This document shows, piece by piece, positions 23,049-34,586 of a DNA stretch of 64,000 nucleotides. Made by a program: the position numbers and the translations under genes. This stretch comes from Ranitomeya imitator (taxonomy: Eukaryota): the NCBI RefSeq assembly GCF_032444005.1, contig NC_091282.1, positions 353,958,001 through 354,022,000 of the forward strand, written 5' to 3'. Within the stretch, counting starts at the first letter, position 1. Every line of letters starts with the position of its first letter. The notes beneath the pieces were generated by a model. The model saw only the letters and a program-made list of their open reading frames with translations, did no database searches and had not been told where the DNA came from.

Positions 23049-25302
23049 GCAGCAGCATAATAATGATTTTATTTACATAGCGCTAACATATTCCGCAGCG
23101 CTTTACAAATTATAGAGGGGATTTGTACAGACAATAGACATTACAGCGTAAGAAAAACACAGTTCAAAATAGATTTCAAAATAGATACCAAGAGGAGTGA
23201 GGGCCCTGCTCGCAAGCTTACAATCTATAGGAAAAAGGGAGACACGAGAGGTGGATGGTAACAATTGCTTTCGTTGTTCGGACCAGCCATAGTTTAAGAT
23301 CGGGTGTTCATGTAAAGCTGCATGAACCAGTTAACAGCCTAAGTAGGTAACTGTACAGACACAAAGGGCTAATAAATGCATGAAGTGTATGAGAACATGA
23401 TGTGAGGAACCTGATTATGTTGTTTTTTTTTTTGAATGGGCCACACAGGGATAGTTAGGTTAATGCTTTGAGGCGGTAGGCCAGTCTGAACAAATGCGTT
23501 TTTAGGGCACGCTTAAAACTGTGGGGATTAATCGTATTAACCTGGGTAGTGCATTCCAAAGAATTGGCAAAGCACGTGAAAAGTCTTGGAGACGGGAGTG
23601 GGAGGTTCTGATTATTGACGATGCTAACCTCAGGTCATTAGCAGAACGGACAGCACGAGCAGGGTGGTAGACTGAGACCAGGGAGGAGATGTAGGGTGGT
23701 GCTGAGCCATGGAGTGCTTTGTGGATGAGGGTAATAGTTTTGTACTGGATTCTGGAGTGGATGGGTAACCAGTGTAATGACTGGCACAAGGTAGAGGCAT
23801 CGGTGTAACGGTTGGTGAGGAATATAATCCTGGCAGCAGAGTTCAGGACAGATTGGAGCGGGGAGAGTATGGTAAGAGGGAGGACGATTAAGAGTTACAA
23901 TAGTCAAGACGAGAATGAATGAGTGAAACAGTAAGAGTTTTTGCAGTGTCGAAAGTAAGAAAAGGGCGAATTCTAGAAATGTTTTTGAGATGCAGATAAA
24001 AAGAGCGAGCCAATGATCGGATGTGGGGGGTAAAGAAAAGCTCGGAATTAAGGATGACCCCAAGGCAGCGGGCATGTTGCTTGGGAGTAATGGTGGAACC
24101 ACACAATGTCAGGCAAAGGTAGGTTAGTAGAGGGAGAGAACAAGAGGAATTCAGTTTTAGACAGGTTCAGTTTAAGATAGAGGGAGGACATGATGTTAGA
24201 GACAGCGGTAAGACAATCACTGGTGTTTTCTAAAAAGGCAGGCGTGATACTAGGAGAAGAAGTGTATAATTGGGTGTCATCAGCATAGAGATGGTACTGG
24301 AACCCAAATCTACTGATTGTTTGTCCAATAAGGGCAGTATACAAAGAAGAGGAGGGGGCCTAGGACTGATCCTTGAGGAACCCCTACAGTAAGGGGAAGG
24401 TGAGAGGAGGAGGAACCAGCAAAAGATACAGTGAAAGAGCGATCAGAGAGAAAGGAGGAGAACCAGGAGAGAACGGTGTCCTTGAGGCCGATGGAGCGGA
24501 GCAGTGAGGAGGAGCTGATGGTCCCCAGTATCGAATGCTGCGGAGAGATCCAAGAGAATTAGCATGGAGTAGTGACCATTAGATTTAGCTGTTAGTAGGT
24601 CATTAGAGACTTTAGTGAGAGCAGTTTCAGTAGAGTGTAAAGAGCGGAAACCAGATTGAAGACTGTCGAGAAGAGTGTTATCTGCGAGATCGCGTAAAAG
24701 ACGGGAGTGGACCATGCATTCGAGGAGTTTAGAGATGAAGGGAAGATTAGAGACAGGTCTATAACTAGCAGCACAGTTTTGATCGAGGGATATTTTAATG
24801 GATGTATGATGGCATGCTTAAATGAGGAGGGAAAAATACCGGAAGAGAGAGAAAGGTTGAATATTTTTGTTAGGTGAGAGGTGACAGCTGGGGAAAGGGA
24901 CTGGAGGAGATGTGACGGAAAGGGGTCACTGGTGCAAGTGGTCGGGCGAGAAGATGCAAGGAGCTTGATTACTTCTTCTGTGACTGGTTCAAAGTCAGAG
25001 AGTGAACTAGATGCAGTGGGGGAGGGAGGACAGTGCATGGTATGAAGGGATTGGGAGATAATTTCCTGTCGAATGTGGTCAATTTTTTCTTTGAAGTAAT
25101 TGGCCAGATCATAAGCGCGGAGATCTGTGGTTGGGGCCTGCACTCTTGCGTTGAGTAGGGACTGGAAAGTGTCAAAGAGACGTTTAGGGTTATTGGACAG
25201 TGAGGTGATGAGGGTGTTAAAATAGGTTTGTTTGGAGAGGTGAAGGGCAGAGTTGTACGTTTTAAGAATGAACTTATAATGGATGAAATCTTCGGGTAGA
25301 TT
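23049..25302 (-). mobile_element. 5'-truncated L2/CR1-clade LINE inserted in Harbinger
   Basis: RT fragments ([79 protein letters not shown]); (taa)-like 3' tail; probable TSD ttctccac (23041-23048 / 25303-25310). Confidence 0.9.
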
Positions 25303-25747
25303 TTCTCCACAGATGTTCGGCGCACCTGGAGCACCGCTGCAGGAAACGTGTTTGCAGCGTGTGCCACGGTTGTCGCCGTCTGTGCTGCATCCAAAGAAGC
25401 GAATATCTGCTGTGTAGTGTCTCTATATATAGAAAACCCATAAGCCACGCCCATTGGAAAATACCGTACGCATTACGCATAAACAACGCAAACGCATGCA
25501 AAAACATGCAATCGCAGCTTTTTTTGACATCATGCGTAAAAGCATGTGGATAAAAAACGCCGCGTACACATGCGTTTTTTTGCATGCAGACGATACGCTG
25601 TGGACACATACGCAAATGTGAACTTAGCCTTACATGGATGGAGTGTGTGGCAAACATATGCACAAGATGAAAACGCCAAAGCACGACAGCATGCTAAAAG
25701 TCCAGACTTTTTTTTTTCTATTTTGCTTTTTTCTAGAGAGTAGCAAT

Positions 25748-26014
25748 TAGTCATGAGTGAATGCACGCAAATACCGTGTTAGCTCAGTATATTGGGCTTG
25801 CTCGGATAAAATGTTCTAGTCCCTGCGGCTGCATGTTTTGCGACTATTAGACAATTGCAACACTTACGGGGATAGCCTGCTTGTTAGACAATCCCTACGT
25901 GTTGCTGCTGTCTAACAGCCGCAAATCATTCAGCCATGGGGACTCAAACATATTATCCGAGCACGCCCAAGATACTGAGATAACACGTTATCCAAGCACG
26001 TTCGCTCATCACTA
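25748..26014. mobile_element. hAT-type MITE
   Basis: Termini tagtcatgagtgaatg / cgttcgctcatcacta; 8-bp TSD gtagcaat / gtagcatt. Confidence 0.75.
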
Positions 26015-26128
26015 GTAGCATTACATACTACAGATGCGACTTCTAAATCCATCGTTTTAACCATTTTTCAGGTCTTGAAAAAGGCGAGAAAATCGTACAA
26101 GAATAAAAGCTACTAAGTGTAGACTTAC

Positions 26129-26204
26129 TTTTTTTGGAAGACATCTTTTGCTTTCTTCAAGTCCCCTGCACAGGATACCAGAGAATTCTGCCCAACCTTC
26201 CCCA
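26129..26204 (-). CDS. parp2: PARP2 exon (76 bp), WGR domain
   Basis: (V)GKVGQNSLVSCAGDLKKAKDVFQK(K); cccttttag| and |gtaagt; phase 1 in, phase 2 out. Confidence 0.95.
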
Positions 26205-27021
26205 CTAAAAGGGAAATACACCTCCAGTTATTTGGCTTCTCATCAATGAAGTTTCATTTTATACGCCTGAAATGCATGTCGTCAGAAGAAAAAAGCTCTC
26301 ACTAGTAGATTACTTTAACCCCTTAACGACCGCCGATACGCCTTTTAACGGCAGCAGTTAAGGGTACTTAAACCACAGCGCCGTTAATTAGCGGCGCTGT
26401 GGAAAAAGTGAATAGCGCCCCCTAGAGTTGGATTTTATCTGGGGTCTCGGTTGCCGGGGGTAGCCGAGACCACAGAGAACATGATTCAGGGTTTTTTTTT
26501 TACCGACCCCCGAGTTGAGATCGCCGGTAATGAACCGTTTACCAGCGATCGCAAAAAAAAACAAAAACGTGATTTCCCTTCTAATTTCTCTGTCCTCCGA
26601 TGTGATTACACACAGAGGACAGAGAAATGGGGTCCCAGATAGCCCCCCCGATACTCTTCGTGGCTCCCGATGGGCGCTGCCATCTTTTTCCAGCAAAAAA
26701 ATGGCGGGCGCATGCGCAGTGCGCCCGCCACCGGGAGGATCTTTGGGGTCTCGGCTGCCGGGGGTAGCCGAGACCCCAAAGAACATTAACTGTTTACCGG
26801 TGGTCGCAAAAAAAAAAAAGCGATGTGTAATTCTCTGTCCTCTGATGTGATCGCACATCAGAGGACAGAGAAATAGGGGGATTCGGGGACCCTATTATAC
26901 TTACCAGCGTCCCTGGGTCCTCCTGCGTCCTCTCCTGCCCGCCGGCCTCTTCATGGGGAAACAAAATGGCGGACGCATGCGCAGTACGCCCGCCATCTGT
27001 CGGCCGGCAGGAGAAAGCAGT

Positions 27022-27950
27022 TGGGGCTAAATTTAGGGTTAGGGCTAAATTTAGGGTTAGGGTTGGGGCTAAATTTAGGGTTAGGCTTCTTTCACACTTG
27101 CGTCGGTACGGGGCCGTCGCAATGCGTCGGCCTGACATACCGATGCACGTTGTGAAACTTGTGCACATTGTGGGCAGCGGATGCAGTTTTTCAATGCATC
27201 CGCTGCCCAGTCTATGTCCTGGGGAGGAGGGGGCGGAGTTACGGCCACGCATGCGCAGTCGGAAATGGCGGACGCGACGTACAAAAAAAGTTACATTGAA
27301 CGTTTTTTTTGTGCCGACGGTCCGCCAAAACACAACTGATCCAGTGCACGACGGACGCGACGTGTGGCCATCCGTTGCGATCTGTCGGCTATACAAGTCT
27401 ATGGGCAAAAAACGCATCCTTCGGGCACATTTGCAGGATCCGTTTTTGTCCAAAATGACGGATTGCGACGGATGCCAAACTACACAAGTGTGAAAGTAGC
27501 CTTAGGGCTAAGGTTAGGGTTGGGGCTAAAGTTAGGGCTAGGTTTAGGGTTGGAGCTAAAGTTAGGGCTAGGGTTAGGGTTGGGGCTAAATTTAGGGTTA
27601 GGGCTAGGGTTGGGGCTAAAGTTAGGGCTAGGGTTGTCGCTAAAGTTAGGGTTAGAGTTGGGATTAGGGTTAGGCTTTGGATTAGGGTTGGCATTAGGCT
27701 TACGCTTGGGATTAGGGTTAGGTTTGGGATTAGGCTTACGGTTGGGATTAGGGGTGTATTGGGATTAGGGTTAGGTTTGAGGTTAGGGTTGAGATTAGGA
27801 TTAGGGGTGTGTTGGATTTAAGGTTTTGATTAGGGTTGACATTAGGGTTGTTTTGGGGTTAGGGTTGTGGTTATCGTTAGGGTTGTGATTAGGATTATGC
27901 ATAGGGTTGGGATTAGGGGTGTGTTGGGAGTTAGGGTTTGAGTTAGAATT
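27022..27950 (+). repeat. Degenerate telomere-like (TTAGGG-variant) array inside the piggyBac-like element, split by a MITE
   Basis: Numerous ttaggg units mixed with ttgggg, ctaggg, ctaaag and attagg variants. Confidence 0.9.
27084..27501. mobile_element. PIF/Harbinger MITE inserted into the TTAGGG array
   Basis: TTA|ggcttctttcacacttg ... caagtgtgaaagtagcc|TTA. Confidence 0.85.
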
Positions 27951-29703
27951 GGGGTGTTTCCACTGTTTAGCTACATCAGGAGGTCTCCAAACACGACAGC
28001 CAATTTTGCGCTCAAAAAGTCAAATGGTGCTCCCTCTCTTCTGAGCGCTGCCGTGCGCCCAAACAGTGGGTTACCCCCACATATGGGGCATAAGCGTACT
28101 CGGGATAAATTGGAGAACAACTTTTGGGGTCCAATTTCTCCTGTTATCCTTGTTAAAATAAAAACTTGGGGGCTAAAAAATCTTTTTGTGGGAAATTGTT
28201 ATTTTTTTTATTTTGACGACTGCATTCTAAACTTCTGTGAAGCACTTGGGCATTTAAAGTTCTCACCACACATCTAGATAAGTTCCTTGGGGGGATCTAG
28301 TTTACAAAATGGGGTCACTTGTGGGGGGTTACTACTGTTTAGGCACATCAGGGGCTCTCCAAACGCGACATGGCGTCCGATCTCAATTCCAGCCAATTCT
28401 ACATTGAAAAAGTAAAACGGCACTCCTTCTCTTCCAAGCTCTGCGGTGCGCCCAAACAGTGGTTTACCCCCACATATGGGGTATTGACGTACTCAGGAGA
28501 AATTGCACAACAACTTTTGTGGTCTAATTTCTCCTGTTACCCTTGTGAAAATAAGAATTTCTGGGTGAAAAGATCATTTTTGTGTAAACAAATGCGATTT
28601 TTTATTTTCACGGCTCTACGTTATAAACTTCTGTGAAGCACTTGGGGGCTCAAAGTGCTCATAACACATCTAGATAAGTTCCTTAAGGGGTCTAGTTTCC
28701 AAAATGGTGTCACTTGTGGGGGGTTTCCACTGTTTAGGCACATCAGGGGCTCTCTAAACGTGACATGGCATCCAATCTCAATTCCAGCCAATTCTGCATT
28801 GAAAAAGTCAAATGGCGCTCCTTCACTTCCAAGTTCTGCGGTGCGCCTAAACAGTGGTTTACCCCCACATATGGGGTATCGGCGTATTTAGGAGAAATTG
28901 CACAACAAAATTTATGGTTTAAATTCTGTTTTTACACTTGTGAAAATAAAAAAAAATGGTTCTGAAGTAAAATGTTTGCAAAAAAAAAGTTAAATGTTCA
29001 TTTTTTTCTTCCACATGGTTTCAGTTCCTGTGAAGCACGTAAAGGGTTAATAAACTTCTTGAATGTGGTTTTGAGCACCTTGAGGGGTGCAGTTTTTAGA
29101 ATGGTGTCACACTTGGTTATTTTCTATCATATAGACCCCTCAAAATGACTTCAAATGTGATGTGGTCCCTAAAAAAAATGGTGTTGTAAAAATGAGAAAT
29201 TGCTGGTCAAGTTTTAAACCTTATAACTCCCTAACAAAAAAAAATGTTGTTTCCAAAATTGTGCTGATGTAACTACTTTACATCAGCATGTCTACTAAAT
29301 GTGGGAAATGTTATTTATTAATTATTTTTCATGACATATCTCTCTGATTTAAGGGCATAAAAATACAAAGTTTGAAAATTGCAAAATTTTAAAAATTTTC
29401 GCCATATTTCCTTTTTTTCATAAATAATCGCAAGTAATATTGAAGAAATGTTACCACTAACATGAAGTACAATATGTCACGAAAAAAACAATCTCAGAAT
29501 CAGTGGGATCCGTTAAAGTGTTCCAGAGTTATAACCTCAAAGTGACTGGTCAGAATTGTAAAAATTGGCTCGGTCACTAAGGGGTTAAACATTTACAGCT
29601 CCTACAGAACTCCCAACCACCAGCCTAAAAATGAGATGTTGTGAAGAGAAGTGGTAGGCTGGTTTCCACACGAAATGCTGAGACAAGCATTAAGAAATCT
29701 CAC

Positions 29704-29800
29704 CTCGCCCCCAGCGCATCCAAACAGAGAAATTTCTAGCACTGTCATCTTCAAGCAGCTGGATCAGATAGTATTTATTGTTATTAAACTGCAGGTTTGT
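29704..29800 (-). CDS. parp2: PARP2 exon (97 bp) containing the WGR signature
   Basis: TNLQFNNNKYYLIQLLEDDSARNFSVWMRWGR; ttttcccag| and |gtgag. Confidence 0.97.
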
Positions 29801-29918
29801 CTGGGAAAAAATAAAAGATTGTTTTTAAACTAAGCAGAGGATAAGACAGAAGTAAAAAAAAAACAAAAAAACAAGTTTTACATAGAAAATTGATATATAT
29901 TTAAAGTGATAATTAATA

Positions 29919-31842
29919 TCTACTATATAAAGCTGAATGTGTGTATGTGTGTATGTATGTCCGGGATTGGCATCTGCACCGTCGCAGCTACAGCCACAAA
30001 ATTTTGCACAGTCACACGTCTGGACCCCGAGAGCGTCATAGGCTATGTTGTGAGGTGAAATTTTAACCCCGCGCATTCCAATTCACCAAACAATTTTGCC
30101 CCTATCTACATAATGGGAAAAAATGAAAGGAAAAGTGTTGGAGGCAAATTGACAGCTGCCAGATGTGAACAAGGGGGACGTAAAGAGTGAGAGCGATGGC
30201 GCCAAAGAGTATATACCGTACAGTTGCTAAGGTGGGGCCCCGACATGGGATACTCACCACACACGGGGATATGAACACACACACAAAATGCGCCACACAC
30301 TTCCACGTGCTTGAACACATATCACCCTCAGCACACATTTCACCACACATTCTCCAACCTCGCCACATAAAAGTCGAAACACAAAAGTCGCCGCTCAAAA
30401 CTCGCCACGCGCAGAACTCGCCACATGCAAAAACTAGGCTCTTGCAAAACTCGCCACAAGTGCAAAACTCACCTCATGGAAAACTCGCCACACGCAAAAC
30501 TTGCACATGCGGAAAAATTGCCACATGCACAAAAGTTGCAACACATGCAAAATTTCTTCACACAAAACTTGCACATACTCAAAAGGCACCACACAAAACT
30601 CGCCACGTGCAAAACTCGTCATGCGCAAAACTTGCTGCACACAAGTTGCTACACTAACCCGTCACATGCAACTCGACACACAAAAAGTTGCTACACGCAT
30701 GTTGGCACACACAACTCATCTCACAAAAGTCGCTACATACATGTCGCCACACGCAACTCAACACACACAACTTGACAAACGAAACTCGCCCTAAAACACA
30801 CACAAGTCTGGTCTTATCCTTCAAAAATAAAAATCTGATTAATAAGCAGACAAACTACAACAAATGTACCATAAAGGAATTACGGCAGCTGTCAGTCACA
30901 TGACCTGTCTATTATGTGTATGTGTGAGCTAATATATACTGCCAGGGGGAGGGCTTCCTGCTGGCTGGGGATTTATCAGGCTGCCAATTTAGCTTACAAA
31001 TACTGAGGTAAAAATACTGAGCAAATAACGTGTGAACGAGGTCTAATACAGGAGGAGAGGACACACAGGTATATACTATATACAGGAGAGATGACACACA
31101 GGTATATACTATATAGAGGAGGAGATGACATACAGGTACATATATATACAGGAGGAGATGACATACAGGTATATACTATATACAGGAGGAGATGACACAC
31201 AGGTATATACTATATACAGGAGCAGATGACCTACAGGTATATACTATATACAGGAGGAGATGACATACAGGTATATGCTATATATAGAAGATGACATGCA
31301 GGTATATACTATATACAGGAGGAGATGACACAGATATATACTATATACAGGGGAGATGACACACAGGTATATACTATATACAGGAGATGACATACAGGTA
31401 TATACTATATATAGAAGGAGATGACATTCAGGTATATACTATATATAGGGGAGATGACACAGCAGGTATATAATATATACAGGGGAGATGACATACAGGT
31501 ATATACTATATACAGGAGATGACATACAGATGTATACTATATATAAGGGAGATGACAAACATGTATATACTGAGGTGATGAGGTGAAAATGAGAGGTGTG
31601 AGGTGAAAATGAAAAGGTTTGAGTGCAAAATGAGAGGAGTGAGGAAAAATAATGGAGTGATCAGAAAATGACAGATGTGAGGTTGAAATGACAAGTGTTA
31701 GGGGGGAATGAGAGGAGTGAGGGAGAAAATGAAAGATGTGATTGGGAAAATGAGAGGCGGGATGGGAAAATAAGAGAAGTGATGTGCTATAACTAACCAC
31801 AGATATTTACTATGCCCAGGCAACGCCGGGCTCTTCAGCTAG
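29919..31842 (+). mobile_element. Non-autonomous Helitron-like element with internal minisatellites
   Basis: A|TCtactatataa start; 3' hairpin gcccaggc-aac-gccgggc then CTAG|T; no TSD; ~20-bp repeats at 30400-30790 and ~34-bp repeats at 31045-31570. Confidence 0.8.
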
Positions 31843-32296
31843 TATATATATATTTAAAGTAAAATATTTTGAGGTATTTGGGACCCATGGATCCAAACAC
31901 AGACTGATGGCGACTTTTCCACTAATTGATGGGTATGGCTTTTGTCCTAAACGAATTATAAATTATTTCAAGATAATCCCCAAAAGCAATTATACAAGGT
32001 TTTTTATCCCCTCCTTCCTTTTTTTCCTTCCTCCCCTTTTTTCTTCATCTTTTCTCAATTATTACAATGCAGTTAAGTTGATACTGATGTATATTCGTTT
32101 TGTCCAGCTAAAATCAATAAGTCAAGGATACTGTATTAATACTATTTACATTTTTATACTTCCCCCTGCGAGGGGTTCCTTGTACTTCATATTCCATGTC
32201 ATTCATGTTATTTTGAGGTTATCTGCAATAAAACTGTTGAGACTAAATATATTTATATATATATTATCACTTTAAATAAATATATTATCACTTTAA

Positions 32297-32892
32297 AGGG
32301 AACCTGTCAGCAGATTTTGCAGTTTTAAGACGCGGCCACTGCCTTTCAGGGATTATCTACAGCATTCTCTAATGCTGTAGATAAGCCCCCGGTCCGACCA
32401 GCAAGTGAAGAGAAAGAAGTTATATTATACTGACCCAGGTGGGCAGGCTGGTCCGATGGGTGTTGCAAGTCCGGGTCCGGCGCCTCCAATCATCTTGCGA
32501 TACTGCCCTCCTGCTTCTTCATCGCTTCCTGGTATCGCCCTCCTGCGCAGGCGTACTTCTTTGCCCTGTTGAGGGCAGAGCAAAGTACTGCAGTACACCG
32601 GTGCTGGACCTCTCTGACCTTTCCCGGCACCTGCGCACTGCAGTACTTTGCTCTGCCCTCAACAGGGCAGAGTACGCCTGCACAGGAGGGCGATACCAGG
32701 GAGCGATGAAGAAGCAGGAGGGTGGCATCGCAAGAAGATGGGAGGCGCCAAACCTGGACTTGCGACACCCATCGGGTTGGACTCTCCCCCTACCCGGGTG
32801 AGTACAATAGTATAATATAACTTTTTTTTCTTCACTTGCTGTAGATAAGCCCTGAAAGGCAGTGGCCACATCTAATAGCGGCAAAGTTTGCT
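32297..32892. mobile_element. Kolobok/T2-type MITE (right end lost in gap)
   Basis: TTAA|agggaacctgtcagc start; internal palindrome shared with 12811-13443. Confidence 0.75.
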
Positions 32893-33081
32893 NNNNNNNN
32901 NNNNNNNNNNNNNNNNNNNNNNNNNNNNNNNNNNNNNNNNNNNNNNNNNNNNNNNNNNNNNNNNNNNNNNNNNNNNNNNNNNNNNNNNNNNNNNNNNNNN
33001 NNNNNNNNNNNNNNNNNNNNNNNNNNNNNNNNNNNNNNNNNNNNNNNNNNNNNNNNNNNNNNNNNNNNNNNNNNNNNNNNN
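32893..33081. other. Assembly gap (189 N)
   Basis: N run. Confidence 1.
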
Positions 33082-33370
33082 TGTGCACACTTGGTATTTG
33101 GTGCAGAAATTTCTGCACCATTTCTCCATGTTTTGGCTGGAAAAACAGGAATTTTTGCTGCATTTTCTACTTGCAGATCTGCAAATCCCAAATAAGCAAC
33201 GTGTTCATGAGACTTCAGGGTTCTCATTCACTTTGCTGACTGGAAAGGAAACCCTTCAGGTTCAATGGCAAATCTGCACCGAAAAAAATGCATCAAAAAC
33301 GCAACGTGCGCAAACAGCCTATCAAAAAGAAGAAAAGAAACATGCATGTACGCAGGGATCACAAAGTTTA

Positions 33371-33688
33371 TCTAATATATAATTGCCTAGAATACTACTT
33401 CCTGCTAATGTCCGGAGCTAATGTCCGGAGCTAATGTCCGGAGCTAAGTGACGTCAACAGTGTCCAGTGTCTGATTGGTTGCCGCCTGCTGCGAGCGACC
33501 AATCAGAAACGTGCCGTACTGTGACACACTCCGCCCGCCATTTTGGTGTGATTTTTGAATTTTTACCTCACAGCAAGTTTCTACTGCGTGGAGGCGGGCC
33601 CAGTGACGTTGCTCTTCAAGCTCCTGCCGAATTTCAAGTATATATGGATTCTAGACTCCCGATTCTTTAGAATCGGGCTGCCATCTAG
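33371..33688 (+). mobile_element. Short (318-bp) Helitron-like element
   Basis: A|TCtaatatat start; hairpin cccgattc-ttta-gaatcggg; CTAG|T end; three 13-bp ctaatgtccggag repeats. Confidence 0.8.
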
Positions 33689-34229
33689 TTAATAATAAGT
33701 CCTTAAACCACATACATGAACTTTAAAAGCACTTAAAAAATCCAAACTGACAAATGTGCGCACACAGCCTAAACGTGGTAGCTGTGTGCCGACTACTATT
33801 TACCATGAGTTTCAATGTGATTGGCTAAGGGCTCATGCAGACGCACGGACTGGCCGGCGGCTGTCCCAACCCGATAGTGACAGTCTGATAGAAATATATG
33901 ATAACACTCAGGTCGTGAGAGCTGCGGCCAGTCCGTGCATTGTAGTCCGAGATTCACGGATGGCTAAACGAGCCATAATTCTGAACACATCCCCACTTGT
34001 GCATCCACATTATTTTAAATGTACCCCTTATCAAAATGATTTCAGTCTTTCAATCTAAACAGATTTGTATAGAACCTGGGTGATTTCAAATGTGGGAAAA
34101 GTTCTGAAATGTTTCTTCTAGGTTTGGAATTTTTTTTATGTGACAAAAACCAAGAATTTTAACAGGTGTGTAGCCATTTTATATCCGCTGTACTAATACT
34201 GCAGGAGTAAACCAATGATATATCAACAC

Positions 34230-34586
34230 AATAAAAAAGTACATATACAATTTCAAACAATATAACGCTATATACAAATTTATTGTTACAAACAGATAAT
34301 CCCAAATAAAAAAAAAAAAACAATCAATACACAATGAAATGGCACAATACAGAGTGGAGGAGCAACGGAAATATGGATCAAGGTATACATGAACCTAAAC
34401 AATAAAAGGAAATACGTAATTTAGGTTCATTTATACATTGATCATTTTCATGCTGCTCCTCCACTTTATATTGTGCTATTTTCAATGTGTATTGTATGTT
34501 TTTTTAATTTTATCAATTTGCTTACTCAAACATTTATATACGTTTATAGTGCTTGAAATTGTCTATATACCGTACTTTTTTTAGTT
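34230..34586. repeat. AT-rich degenerate palindrome (~170-bp arms)
   Basis: e.g. caatacacaatgaaatggcacaatacagagtggaggagca vs tgctcctccactttatattgtgctattttcaatgtgtattg; centre near 34410. Confidence 0.7.

Larger units (their letters stand above)
17915..25629. mobile_element. Autonomous-type PIF/Harbinger transposon (decayed) with convergent MADF gene (+) and DDE transposase (-)
   Basis: TIRs ggccaggttcacatttgcgtctgtgt / acacatacgcaaatgtgaacttagcc; TTA TSD at 17912-17914 and 25630-25632; both Harbinger genes recognisable. Confidence 0.9.
26319..29584 (-). mobile_element. Long non-autonomous piggyBac-like element (3.27 kb), reverse orientation to 7912-16628
   Basis: TTAA|ccccttaacgacc ... ggtcactaagggg|TTAA; internal ~370-bp subrepeats; telomere-like array. 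Confidence 0.85.

Noticed and set aside
27364-27768. 134-aa LG-repeat ORF
   Set aside because: Translation of the TTAGGG-variant array.
30187-30794. 156-aa and 116-aa H/K/T-rich ORFs
   Set aside because: Products of the Helitron internal ~20-bp repeats.
32519-33382. ORFs spanning X runs
   Set aside because: Artefacts of translation through the N gap.
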